From: Bacteriovoracia bacterium
Lineage (GTDB): Bacteria; Bdellovibrionota; UBA1018; JBFWNL01
Direction: 5' to 3'
Assembly: GCA_050251055.1 (NCBI GenBank)
Contig: JBFWNL010000001.1
Location: 427,825 to 491,824, forward strand
Length of the DNA stretch: 64,000 nucleotides
The notes under the pieces were generated by a model. The model was not told the DNA's origin. It saw only the letters and a list, made by a program, of their open reading frames with translations, and searched no databases. Position numbers and translations under genes: made by a program. Positions 39,324 through 48,863 of the stretch are shown here, in pieces (position 1 is the first letter of the stretch; every line of letters starts with the position of its first letter).

Positions 39324-41576
39324 TTAGTCGTAGCGACAGCCGTTGCGGACGTCGCAGAAGCGGAATAGACCCGATCCCGCTGATCCAGTGGCTTCATTCG
39401 GCAAGGCGGTGAAATAGATTTCCCCGCCGTAATGGATCGCATTAAACGGATTGACGTCATCAAACTCATTTGGAAGAACGGCGTCCGGCTGCCTCAAAAT
39501 GCGAGTAAGGTGAAATATACGCTGGGCTCCCTTCACGTCGGACTCCCCCGTCTGCGGGTCGTACATAAACATGCGCAGGTATCCGCCAGCACCGCGGGCG
39601 GAAAAATATAACTTACCGTCAATGGCGTGTAGCCATTTCGCACGCTCACCATCTTCGTTCCCCACCACATCATTCTGATTGATCTGGTAGGTGTAAGCGG
39701 AGTCCGTACCGGGCTTCACGCAATAGATTAAACCGCCGATGCCATTTTGTGCCCCTAGGTAACAAGCCGTGTTGTCGTCCAACTTTACCAAATTGTTCGC
39801 ACCAGTAATTTCATAGGTGACGGGAGGTCCCGATGTTACAGAGTCCGGCAGGCGACGAAACGAGCTGTATGGAGCTCCGGTCACGGCGGTATTGAAACTA
39901 AACATCCGAGGCACGTCCGCCACCAAACCGACAAAGACCAGGTGATCCCCCACGAGCACCATTGATTTTGAAGCGTTCATATCGGTGGAAAGCACACCAG
40001 AGAAATCGTTGTAGTGGGTGCTGCCACTTAAGCCACTGTTATTGTGGGAAAGCCGCTGGAAAGACGCCGTGTACCCTCCTCCCGCTTGCGGCAGTCCAGT
40101 TGCCTTAAACCGCAGAAGTCGGATTGTTTTCGGCGCGCTCGCTACAGCGTCGACCTTCGCAATCCCGTAGAAGTAAAGGTAGTCCCCCACCACCGTGAAT
40201 TGAGGATCAAAGCGGGAAGAAAATCCCCCGTTCTGAGCGTTTTTATTAAACCCGATTTCATGCGGCGTAATGACCGGAACCACTCCGTTCCAATGCAGTG
40301 AGTAAAGAAGATTGGGATCGGTCGTGTATGCTGGGGAATGGTAGTCTGCCGCCGCGAACATTAAGCGGCCGTTGTAAACCACCGAACGAAATGGTTCTGA
40401 ATCCGCTTGCCCGGCGGTTCCACTAGCCAACATGTTCCATGCTCCTCCACCCGTCGAAGCAGAAATCATGTCGATGGAGACGATCCCATTTCCATCTTCT
40501 GGGGAGAGCCGGAAGAGCTTAACGTTGGCACCGGTACTTCCATTATCGGCGGCGAAGTAAAGCTTCCCGGCGAAAACCGTCGCTGGGAAATGCACATCGC
40601 CGATCGTAAACGTATCGTAAGCTTGGCTCAGATCCTCGACCACTAGGCCACTGCGGTAGTTGTGAAGCGAATTCTTACCCGTCGCCGCATTACGCTTGAC
40701 GAAGTAGACAGAGCTGTCGAATTCGACAAAACCCTTGAAGACGGGCACCGTATCACTATCGCGAGGCACATCTCGTTTAAGGGCGTAGTATTTATTGTCC
40801 GAGGGAGAATAGGCGAATAAGTCGCACAAATTGCCGGCGCGATTTACTTGTAAAAAAATCTCTCCCCGCAGCTCCGCCAGGAGTAAGACGTGCAGATCGG
40901 AGACACTTGGGTTATTCAAGCGACGATATTGGAATAGATAGCTTCCACTGGTGCCGGTATTCGTCACTTCATTTCCAGGCTGCCCCGTCAAAAGGTAGGC
41001 TATCACTTTTAGGCCCAACACATTCGGGATTAGACTCAGGACATCGAAAGTCATCGTCGTACCGCAGGGCCGGCCCTGATAGACTCCTTGAATCTGGCAC
41101 GCCATATCTGCACGGTTCGCGCTGGCGTCATAAGGAGCCGAGACCGTCAATCCATCTCCCTCATCCGCCACGATATTGTGCGCCACTCTTCGGGTTGAAA
41201 TATCTAGACCGGCGACATTCGTTCCTGACGTCGTCGCCGCGTTTTCCTGAGGCACGGCTGGCGCAAAATAAGTATCGCTAATTACGCCGGCGTTGAAGGT
41301 CGTGCCTTCTTGATAGCTACGAGTCCACGCCGTCACCAGGTCAACTACGACGACATCCTCCCCCTCCATCTTTACGGAGGCCGCTAACAAATCGCGCGGA
41401 TCCGTCCCATTGGCATAGGCGAGCGAGAAACTAGCGACCCGTCCCGTGTTGCTGAAATTGACGTTATCGAAAGACGCGCTCGAGTTGAAACAAGCGGACG
41501 CGCTTGCCAGAACGGCAAACCCCAGAGCCATGAGCTGGAATCTTCGCGTGAGCGCGAAGGCGAATGCATGAATCAC
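39324..41576 (-). CDS. Large surface lipoprotein with beta-propeller repeats
   Basis: GAGGG RBS plus GTG at 41576; lipobox ASAC; repeated blades FAGKLYFAA, YNGRLMFAA, VGDYLYF, VGDHLVF, IDGKLYFSA, YGGEIYFTA. Confidence 0.72.
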   Translation of the reverse strand: MIHAFAFALTRRFQLMALGFAVLASASACFNSSASFDNVNFSNTGRVASFSLAYANGTDPRDLLAASVKMEGEDVVVVDLVTAWTRSYQEGTTFNAGVISDTYFAPAVPQENAATTSGTNVAGLDISTRRVAHNIVADEGDGLTVSAPYDASANRADMACQIQGVYQGRPCGTTMTFDVLSLIPNVLGLKVIAYLLTGQPGNEVTNTGTSGSYLFQYRRLNNPSVSDLHVLLLAELRGEIFLQVNRAGNLCDLFAYSPSDNKYYALKRDVPRDSDTVPVFKGFVEFDSSVYFVKRNAATGKNSLHNYRSGLVVEDLSQAYDTFTIGDVHFPATVFAGKLYFAADNGSTGANVKLFRLSPEDGNGIVSIDMISASTGGGAWNMLASGTAGQADSEPFRSVVYNGRLMFAAADYHSPAYTTDPNLLYSLHWNGVVPVITPHEIGFNKNAQNGGFSSRFDPQFTVVGDYLYFYGIAKVDAVASAPKTIRLLRFKATGLPQAGGGYTASFQRLSHNNSGLSGSTHYNDFSGVLSTDMNASKSMVLVGDHLVFVGLVADVPRMFSFNTAVTGAPYSSFRRLPDSVTSGPPVTYEITGANNLVKLDDNTACYLGAQNGIGGLIYCVKPGTDSAYTYQINQNDVVGNEDGERAKWLHAIDGKLYFSARGAGGYLRMFMYDPQTGESDVKGAQRIFHLTRILRQPDAVLPNEFDDVNPFNAIHYGGEIYFTALPNEATGSAGSGLFRFCDVRNGCRYD

Positions 41577-41633
41577 GTACGTCCCTCGTATACCCTGATT
41601 ATAATTCAGGAACCCCTTCATTGTCGACTATAC

Positions 41634-41661
41634 TTGTCGGCTATTTGGCGGGAACGCTTTA
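41634..41661 (-). promoter_or_regulatory. Candidate sigma28 promoter
   Basis: TAAA-N16-GCCGACAA upstream of the beta-propeller lipoprotein gene. Confidence 0.5.
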
Positions 41662-41692
41662 AGGTGCTCTAATGGTGGGATTCAAGAAAACT

Positions 41693-43033
41693 TCAAAAAC
41701 GGTAGCCGAAACCTAAGTCCACGATAATAAAACTATTGGCCGAGTAGCTGCGCCGAGTTTGGAGCGTGTCGTCGGCGACCCAGGGAAAGCTTTCTTTAAT
41801 GTAGCGAAGGCGGGTTTCGAGCATGGTACGCACCCCGAGCACGGTGACGATCCCAAAGCCCAATTCGGTACCACCGGCTCCGATCAGGGCTTTATTACTC
41901 AACCCTTCAACACTCCCGCCGAAATCGTAACGAAACGCCGCGAGCAAGCTAAAATAAAATGTGCTGGAAGCGTTGTAGAGCGCCACCCCTCCCACTCCAG
42001 CGTGGGAGCGGCTCGTTTCACTCGCCTGGACGACGTTCTGTCCGCTGCCAAATCCGGGATTGTCGATGTAAAAAACGCGCACGCGGCCGAAACCGCCTTG
42101 CACGAAGGGCCCCACCCGCCAGCGATCCATGCGCTCGGTATAAAAAAAACGCGCGAAGACCCGAGGCATCGAATAGACCGTGCCTGCCACGTTTTGCCGT
42201 AGAAGCTCGAAGTTGACGGAACCCGAAAGTAAATACGCCTCGTTGGGCTTGCGTCGGGCGCGCCAACGCAGCTCGGCGTTGAAAAAAGGAACGAAGGCAA
42301 AGGCCGAGGTCTGTGCGGCGGCGTCGCGGTCATCCACTTCGTACGTCACCGCCGATTGCGCGAAACGCAAAATCGACCAAAATTCCGGGTCGTTTCCTTC
42401 CTGAATGATCGTCGTGGTGGACGTTTGCGTTTCCTCCACCCCCGCGCCCTTCAGGGTGAAGGTAAATTTATCGCTCCACTCAGCGCCGGCGTTGGTTTCA
42501 AAACCCACGCGCCAAAAAAACTCTCCCACTACCTTCGGCTTCCACGAGTAGCTCAACGAATCCGACGTGTCCTTGAGCACGACGCCGTTCTTGTCCGAAA
42601 TTTCGATTTTGTATTTCGTGATGTCCTTAACCGCGGTCCACTGGAAGCGGAAGCCCAGCTGCGTGTCGCTCAAATCGAACACGGTGCGGTTACGGGGCTC
42701 AAGCAAGTTCGGCGGATGTTGGTTCACGCGGAACCCTTCGGCCTTGGTCCACGGCCCTTCCTGCCCGTTGGCGTCGATTCCCCGAATCCGAAAGAAGTAA
42801 GTGCCCGGCGCGAGCTGCACCTGAGCGCTAGGGCTATCGAACCGCTTCCGGTAGATCACGTGGGCCATGTCCGGCGTTCGGGAGAACTGCAGCTCATACT
42901 TTTTCGCTCCGGCCACCGCTCCCCACTTCAGGGTCGCCTTACGCTTGACCTCGGCCGCCTCGGCGATGGGAGCGGAGAACGCGCCACAAAACAGCGCGCT
43001 CAGCAGGTAAAAGATAAATACGGGCGATTTCAT
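41693..43033 (-). CDS. Outer-membrane protein with two FnIII-like domains and a C-terminal beta-barrel
   Basis: Signal peptide; LKW..V.GA..YELQ...GTYFFRIRGID..G..GPW; alternating beta strands; terminal GFGYRF BAM signal. Confidence 0.75.
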   Translation of the reverse strand: MKSPVFIFYLLSALFCGAFSAPIAEAAEVKRKATLKWGAVAGAKKYELQFSRTPDMAHVIYRKRFDSPSAQVQLAPGTYFFRIRGIDANGQEGPWTKAEGFRVNQHPPNLLEPRNRTVFDLSDTQLGFRFQWTAVKDITKYKIEISDKNGVVLKDTSDSLSYSWKPKVVGEFFWRVGFETNAGAEWSDKFTFTLKGAGVEETQTSTTTIIQEGNDPEFWSILRFAQSAVTYEVDDRDAAAQTSAFAFVPFFNAELRWRARRKPNEAYLLSGSVNFELLRQNVAGTVYSMPRVFARFFYTERMDRWRVGPFVQGGFGRVRVFYIDNPGFGSGQNVVQASETSRSHAGVGGVALYNASSTFYFSLLAAFRYDFGGSVEGLSNKALIGAGGTELGFGIVTVLGVRTMLETRLRYIKESFPWVADDTLQTRRSYSANSFIIVDLGFGYRF

Positions 43034-43056
43034 GGTCCTAAGCCGATTGTAGCGGG

Positions 43057-44022
43057 CTAAAGGCTCTGGGGAAAGCGCGAAACGTTCACGGCATCGGCGA
43101 TGATCACGCGGGGACGGAACTTCGAATCGTCAAAAACGCGGCTCAAGTACTCTCCGAGCACGCCCAGGAAGATGAAAGTCACGCTGTGCAAAAACAGCAT
43201 CAATACGACGAGGCTGGTAAAACCCGGTACCTCGCGCCCATGCAGAAAAAACCCGACCACGTAATAGGCTGATAGCGCCAACGCCAGCACGAAGAGGATC
43301 GCGCCGAGCGCGCCCATGAGCCGCAAAGGCGCCTTCGTGAAAGCGGTGACCGCGTCAATGGCGAGTACGAGATAATGCAAAATTCGGAACTTACTTTCAC
43401 CCGAAACACGCGGCTGGCGATCATAAACGACGGGACACTGCCGGAAGCCCAGGTAGGTGACGAGTCCGCGTAGGTAGAGGTTGCGCTCGGGCAGGCTCTT
43501 GAGAACCTCCACGACTTTTCTATCCAACAGGCGAAAATCCCCGGTGCGTTCGGGAATTTTAAGATCCGAAATCCAATGTAGCAGCTTGTAGAAAGTGGCG
43601 AAGAGGACCTTCATGTACCAAGGCGCGAAGCGCTTCGCGCGCACGCCGTAGACGACCTCATAGCCTTCGCGCCAACGCTCGACGAAGCGCGGAATCACTG
43701 TCGGCGGATCCTCGAGATCGGCGTCGAGCTCGATCACCGCGTCGCCGGTAGCGAGGGAAAGTCCCGCAAAAATAGAGTTTTGGTAGCCAAAATTGCGGGA
43801 AAACCGATACCCCTTTAGGTAAACTCGGGAGCGGGAAAGCTCCTGGATCACCGCCCAGGTAGCGTCACTCGAAGCGTTGTCGGTGACGACAATCTCCAGC
43901 TCGTACTCTTGCAGCGGACCTTCCCCTTGCCCGCCCCGCGCGAAGAGCCGCTCCACCTGCTCGACGGCCAGGGGGAGATTCGCGGCTTCGTTGTACGCGG
44001 GAATGCAGATCGATAACTTCAT
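43057..44022 (-). CDS. Polyprenol-phosphate glycosyltransferase (GT2, GtrB/ArnC-like)
   Basis: IPAYNE, SRNFG.Q, DADLEDPP, GDFRLLDR, R..GESK, two C-terminal TMs, GEYLSR. Confidence 0.92.
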   Translation of the reverse strand: MKLSICIPAYNEAANLPLAVEQVERLFARGGQGEGPLQEYELEIVVTDNASSDATWAVIQELSRSRVYLKGYRFSRNFGYQNSIFAGLSLATGDAVIELDADLEDPPTVIPRFVERWREGYEVVYGVRAKRFAPWYMKVLFATFYKLLHWISDLKIPERTGDFRLLDRKVVEVLKSLPERNLYLRGLVTYLGFRQCPVVYDRQPRVSGESKFRILHYLVLAIDAVTAFTKAPLRLMGALGAILFVLALALSAYYVVGFFLHGREVPGFTSLVVLMLFLHSVTFIFLGVLGEYLSRVFDDSKFRPRVIIADAVNVSRFPQSL

Positions 44023-44109
44023 CCAGCTTCCCTTCTAAGCTATGCGCAATGCGTTAACAAACGTTTTTCTTTGGCCAAATTAGCGTCGCCTGACTATAAA
44101 ACCACCAAG

Positions 44110-44889
44110 ATGAAAACCGTGATCCTATGTGGCGGGCGTGGCACCCGCTTGAGCGAAGAAACCGTCCTGAAACCCAAGCCCATGGTGCTCGTAGGCGAGC
44201 GCCCTATGCTCTGGCACATCATGAGCATCTACAGCGCTCAGGGGTTTAACGAATTCGTCCTCGCCCTGGGCTACCTAGGCGACGTCATCAAGGAATATTT
44301 CATCAACTACCATGCGCTCAATAGCGACTTCCGCGTGGATCTCTCCAATGGCGAAGTGAGCTTCATCAAAAAACGCTGCGATCGCGACTGGAAGGTCGAG
44401 CTGGTAGATACCGGCGAAAATACCATGACCGGCGGGCGGCTCCTACGCCTGGAATCTTACCTCAAGCCCCATGGCACCTTCATGATCACCTACGGCGACG
44501 GGGTGGCGAATGTGGATCTTAAAAAAGCCTTGGCCTTCCATAAGGCCCACGGGAAACTCTGCACGGTTACCGCCGTACGGCCGACCGCGCGCTTCGGCGG
44601 CATGGTCTTCCAAGACCAGCAGGTGACTCAGTTCAAGGAAAAGCCCCAGTCCGGTGAAGGCTGGATCAACGGTGGCTTTTTCATTATGGAACCGGGGATC
44701 TTCAAGTACCTCAAGGAGGATGCCACCGTTTTGGAACAGGCTCCGCTCGAGAACTTGGCACGGGATGGCCAACTCATGGCCTACTTCCACGAAGGCTTCT
44801 GGCAGTGCATGGATACCATCCGCGAGCGGCAGCTACTGGAAGAAAAGTGGGCGACCGGTAAAGCTCCCTGGAAAGTCTGGCAAGACTAG
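44110..44889 (+). CDS. rfbF: Glucose-1-phosphate cytidylyltransferase
   Basis: LCGGRGTRLSEET..KPKPMV, DTG..TMTGGR, TYGDG, INGGFF, GFWQCMDT.R. Confidence 0.93.
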   Translation: MKTVILCGGRGTRLSEETVLKPKPMVLVGERPMLWHIMSIYSAQGFNEFVLALGYLGDVIKEYFINYHALNSDFRVDLSNGEVSFIKKRCDRDWKVELVDTGENTMTGGRLLRLESYLKPHGTFMITYGDGVANVDLKKALAFHKAHGKLCTVTAVRPTARFGGMVFQDQQVTQFKEKPQSGEGWINGGFFIMEPGIFKYLKEDATVLEQAPLENLARDGQLMAYFHEGFWQCMDTIRERQLLEEKWATGKAPWKVWQD

Positions 44890-45043
44890 TCTAATCCTAT
44901 TGATTTAAAAGGTGTTTTTCCCTTTTTAAGGGTCTTGTGAGGGCGGGTTTTAACCGTCCAGAATGATTGCCTTTGCCGCCTAGCTGGGCTAGATAATTCC
45001 CGCGTCCTAAAATCTGTTCTTCCTGTGTGAAGGAGTGCTCTCA

Positions 45044-46564
45044 ATGGACTTAATCCTGGTTGGCTTGGCCCTCGCCACTGTCATTTGGCTGTATTTTCAT
45101 TCAAATCCGATGCAACACAGCCGGGCGTTCATGCTCCGACGGTTCATCAACTGGTTCCCGCTGGGCATGTCCTACGCATTCCTCTACATGGGTCGTTATA
45201 ACTTGAGCGTTTCCAAAAACGCGATGGGCTCGATGATGACCAAGGCCGACTTCGGCATCATCTTCGGCATCGGAACCTTCGTCTACGGACTTTCTTTCCT
45301 GCTCAACGGACCGCTCGTCGACAAATTCGGCGGCAAAAAAGGGATCGTCCTCGCCACGCTAGGCTCTTCGCTCGCCAATATGCTGATGGGCCTGGTGACC
45401 TACCTCTACATTACGGGAGCCCTGAGCTCGAATATCGTGGTCATCTACTCGACTCTCTACTCCCTGAATATGTTCTTCCAAAGCTACGGCGCCGTCTCCA
45501 TCATCAAGGTGAAGGCTTACTGGTTCCACGTTCGCGAGCGCGGGCTTTTCGGCGCGATCTTCGGCACCCTCATCTCCATGGGCGTGTACTTCGCATTTGA
45601 CTGGGGTCAGGCCATCGTGGAGGCCGCAAAGGTCCAACAGCAGGGCCAGCTCACGCCATTCCAAACCGCGTTCAAATGGCTGTTCGCCGTGGATACTGGC
45701 ACCCACGACGCGATCTGGCTCGTGTTCTTCATTCCGGCCGTGCTCCTCGTGTTCTGGGCGCTCATCGATATGTTCCTCATCAAGGACTCCCCTTCGGAAA
45801 CCGGTTTCGAGGATTTCGACACCGCCGACGCCTCTTCGGGCGAGATGGAGCAGGATTTCACGGTGGGTCAGCTACTCAAGAAGATCTTCACCAATCCGGT
45901 CATGCTCACGATCGCCGCGGTGGAATTCACCTCGGGCGTGCTCCGCAACGGGACCCAGCAGTGGTACTTCATCTTCGCTAAGGAAGTACCGCAACCGGGT
46001 GCCGAGATCTTCATGAAGCATTGGGGCCTGTTCCTGTGCATCACGGGCATTATGGGCGGCTTCGCCTCAGGCGCCATGTCCGATAAGATCTTCCATTCAC
46101 GACGGGGACCTCCGGCCGCGATTATGAGCGGGCTGATGTTAACCTGCCTGATCCTGATGGCGATCTTCCTCTTAGACGCGCCCGTGGTCGTCGGCGCTTG
46201 CGTGCTCGTCATCGCGTTCGCCGTGATCGGCGTGCACTCAATCATGTCTGGCACGGCGGCGGCCGACTTCGGCGGACGTAAGGCGACCGCAACCGCCTCC
46301 GGCATCACCGACGGCTTCGTTTACCTCGGCAGCGGCATTCAGTCCGTCTGCTTGGGCTTTCTCACCACGAAGGATTGGGAATTCTGGCCCGTCTTCCTGG
46401 CGCCATTCGCTCTCTTGGGGCTGGTGCTAGCGCTCCGGATGTGGAGAGAATTGCCGGCCGCCACTCGTAAGTACCTCGAGACGGTGGAGAAGATCGACAT
46501 CCGGATCTCGAGTAAGAAGACCGTGATCAAAACAACGTCAAGCTTGAGCCTGACTGACGGCTAA
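45044..46564 (+). CDS. MFS transporter, organophosphate:Pi antiporter (GlpT-like) type
   Basis: YAFLYMGRYN, WFHVRERG..., IKDSPSETGF, SDKIF.SRR.P, ATASG..DGF.Y; AAGGAG RBS. Confidence 0.8.
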   Translation: MDLILVGLALATVIWLYFHSNPMQHSRAFMLRRFINWFPLGMSYAFLYMGRYNLSVSKNAMGSMMTKADFGIIFGIGTFVYGLSFLLNGPLVDKFGGKKGIVLATLGSSLANMLMGLVTYLYITGALSSNIVVIYSTLYSLNMFFQSYGAVSIIKVKAYWFHVRERGLFGAIFGTLISMGVYFAFDWGQAIVEAAKVQQQGQLTPFQTAFKWLFAVDTGTHDAIWLVFFIPAVLLVFWALIDMFLIKDSPSETGFEDFDTADASSGEMEQDFTVGQLLKKIFTNPVMLTIAAVEFTSGVLRNGTQQWYFIFAKEVPQPGAEIFMKHWGLFLCITGIMGGFASGAMSDKIFHSRRGPPAAIMSGLMLTCLILMAIFLLDAPVVVGACVLVIAFAVIGVHSIMSGTAAADFGGRKATATASGITDGFVYLGSGIQSVCLGFLTTKDWEFWPVFLAPFALLGLVLALRMWRELPAATRKYLETVEKIDIRISSKKTVIKTTSSLSLTDG

Positions 46565-46640
46565 CGATGATGCTCCATTTGTTCTATTTGGGTAAGGGGC
46601 CGTTGACTTCGCTCTTCGGCCCCTGCCGTTTGGCCCACAC

Positions 46641-47543
46641 ATGATACAGGACCGGTTCTTCCCGCAGGCGAAAGCATTGCGCAAAGAGTTCGACCGACGC
46701 TTCGCCGACCCATTGGCGAGCGATTCACGGCGTTTCGTTTGGGACTATTGGCACGTACCGGATCAGTACACGGCGATACGCACGCCGGCCTACCATTTTT
46801 TCCCCAAGAAACTTTACGCCGACTTCCACCGGGCGCTCTTGAAGTTTGGCCGGGAGCAGCTGGGCTGCTTCGACGTCACGCCGCCCTGGTTGAGCTACTA
46901 CGTGGATGGATGCGGACAGCAACCCCACGCGGATCTTCCGCATGGGCCCTGGGCATTCGTATATTCGCTGACCGAGTGGGATCGCCGCGAGTTTACGGGC
47001 GGCGAAACCTTCCTTTTCAAGCCCCGCGCCTTGGCCTACTGGCCATCGCTCGGCGATCCCCGCCACGAAGGCAAGGGCGTCGAAAAACGGGATTTGATCG
47101 AAAAGGTGCCGCCCCGCTTTAATCGACTGTTCGTCTTTGACCCGCGCGTGCCGCACGGGGTGGAACCCGTGCGCGGCGTCTCTGATCCGCGGAAAGCCCG
47201 GCTCGTCATCCATGGCTGGTTCACCGAACCGCAACCCTACGTCGAAGGATCCCTTACCCGCGGTCAGGTGGCCGGCACGATTCGCGAGGTCTTGGGCGAA
47301 GTCCATGAGGTCGTCTCGCACTGGAGCGGTATCCACGGCACTTATTGCGTGCGCCTCACCATCGGCCCCAGCGGCGTCGTCCAACAGGTGAAAGAACTTA
47401 CCCAAACCTTGGTTTCGCTCGAGACCGGATCCACGCAAGAGCTCGCGCCGTTTCGACAGGCCTTGCGGGGACGCCTACAGACGCTTCGTTTCCCCAAAGC
47501 TCGCGGGACGAGCCGTCTGACCCTCCCCTTGATGTTCCGTTAG
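46641..47543 (+). CDS. 2OG-Fe(II) oxygenase with TonB-C-like C-terminal domain
   Basis: HAD, AFVYSL...F.GGET, P.FNRL..FD...PHGV..V, R..IHGWF; C-terminal G...VRLTIGPSG.V...LRFP....S..TLPL.F. Confidence 0.8.
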   Translation: MIQDRFFPQAKALRKEFDRRFADPLASDSRRFVWDYWHVPDQYTAIRTPAYHFFPKKLYADFHRALLKFGREQLGCFDVTPPWLSYYVDGCGQQPHADLPHGPWAFVYSLTEWDRREFTGGETFLFKPRALAYWPSLGDPRHEGKGVEKRDLIEKVPPRFNRLFVFDPRVPHGVEPVRGVSDPRKARLVIHGWFTEPQPYVEGSLTRGQVAGTIREVLGEVHEVVSHWSGIHGTYCVRLTIGPSGVVQQVKELTQTLVSLETGSTQELAPFRQALRGRLQTLRFPKARGTSRLTLPLMFR

Positions 47544-47562
47544 TTTTCGACCGAACGCGTGG

Positions 47563-48807
47563 CTAATCCTGAACCTTAACTTCTTGCCCCCACGGCGCGA
47601 TCTTGGCCAGGATGAGCATTCCGGGAATGGCGGCCAATGCGCAGACCGCGTAGAAACCCGGCCAACCCGTGGCTTGGGCGATAAAGCCCGTGCCGGCGGC
47701 CACGATCGTTCCGGGCACGGCCATGAGACTCGTCATCAATGCATACTGGGTAGCGGTAAAGCGCCGATTTGTCTGCGAGCTCATGTAAGCGGTGTAGGCG
47801 GTCGATCCCAAGCCAGTTGCGAGAAGCTCGAAGACCACCACAGCCGATAGCGTTAAGTGATCCTTGCCCACGAAGGCCAACCAGGAGAAACCAAACGTGG
47901 AGATCATCTGCAAGCCGCCGAAGATCCAAAGCGCGCGCGAGATTCCGATGCGCAACATCAGTACGCCCGCTAGGAACATGCCGAGAAAGAGCGCGGCCAT
48001 GCCTAATCCCTTCACTACCACGAAATACTCCGTCTTCTCGAAGCCCAAGCTCAAGATGAAAGGAATGTTCATGGCGGAAGCCATGTTGTCGCCGATCTTA
48101 TAAAGTAAAATGAAAGCAAGCACCCACCAGGCCTCGCGGCGGCGGAAAAACTCCACGAAGGGCTCCACCACGGCTTCCTTCAATGTCCGCGGGGCTTTCA
48201 CGTCGCTCACCGGCTCCTTGACGAGTAAGGTGGTGATGATCCCCACGAACATCATACCCGCGAGTAGAAAGTGCACATTCGCATAGCCGATTTTGTCGGC
48301 GAGGGCGAATGCGATTCCCACCGTGGCCAGATTCGCTAATCGGTAGCCGTTCACCCAGATGCCGGTACCGGCGCCCAGCTCCGACTCCGTAAGAAATTCT
48401 CGGCGAAAAGCGTCGAGCACGATGTCTTGGCTCGCGCTAAAAAAAGCGATGGCCATGCAAACCATGCTCATCATCCAAAGATGCTGCGTCGGATCCAGGC
48501 GTCCGAGCGCAAGGATGGCGACGAGCAAAGCCGCCTGCATCACGAGCATCCAGCCGCGCCGACGGCCCAAAAACGGGGTCGAATAACGATCGAGCAGCGG
48601 CGACCAAACGAACTTAAACGTATAAGGAAACGAGACCGCGGAAATCAGGCCGATCTGCACCAGATCGATCTTCGCGTCGGTGAGCCAAGCCTTGATCACG
48701 TCCCGGATCACCAGAAACGGGGCGCCGCTCGAAAAGCCTAGCGCCAGCATGGCTAGCATTTTCCAAGAAAACAGGGCCTTCATCGCCGATGGCGCAGGTT
48801 GGGACAT
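47563..48807 (-). CDS. ampG: Muropeptide MFS transporter AmpG
   Basis: LGFSSG.P, KFVWSPLLDR...GRRRGW, SASQDI..DA.RRE, YKIGD, TATQYAL. Confidence 0.92.
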   Translation of the reverse strand: MSQPAPSAMKALFSWKMLAMLALGFSSGAPFLVIRDVIKAWLTDAKIDLVQIGLISAVSFPYTFKFVWSPLLDRYSTPFLGRRRGWMLVMQAALLVAILALGRLDPTQHLWMMSMVCMAIAFFSASQDIVLDAFRREFLTESELGAGTGIWVNGYRLANLATVGIAFALADKIGYANVHFLLAGMMFVGIITTLLVKEPVSDVKAPRTLKEAVVEPFVEFFRRREAWWVLAFILLYKIGDNMASAMNIPFILSLGFEKTEYFVVVKGLGMAALFLGMFLAGVLMLRIGISRALWIFGGLQMISTFGFSWLAFVGKDHLTLSAVVVFELLATGLGSTAYTAYMSSQTNRRFTATQYALMTSLMAVPGTIVAAGTGFIAQATGWPGFYAVCALAAIPGMLILAKIAPWGQEVKVQD

Positions 48808-48863
48808 ACTTTAAGTCTACGGGCGATCGGGAGGAGCAGCGAATTAAAAATGCTCAAACAAGA

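Noticed and set aside
46595-46624. AGGGGCCG/CGGCCCCT hairpin after the GlpT-like gene
   Set aside because: No convincing U-tract, so it is not called as a terminator
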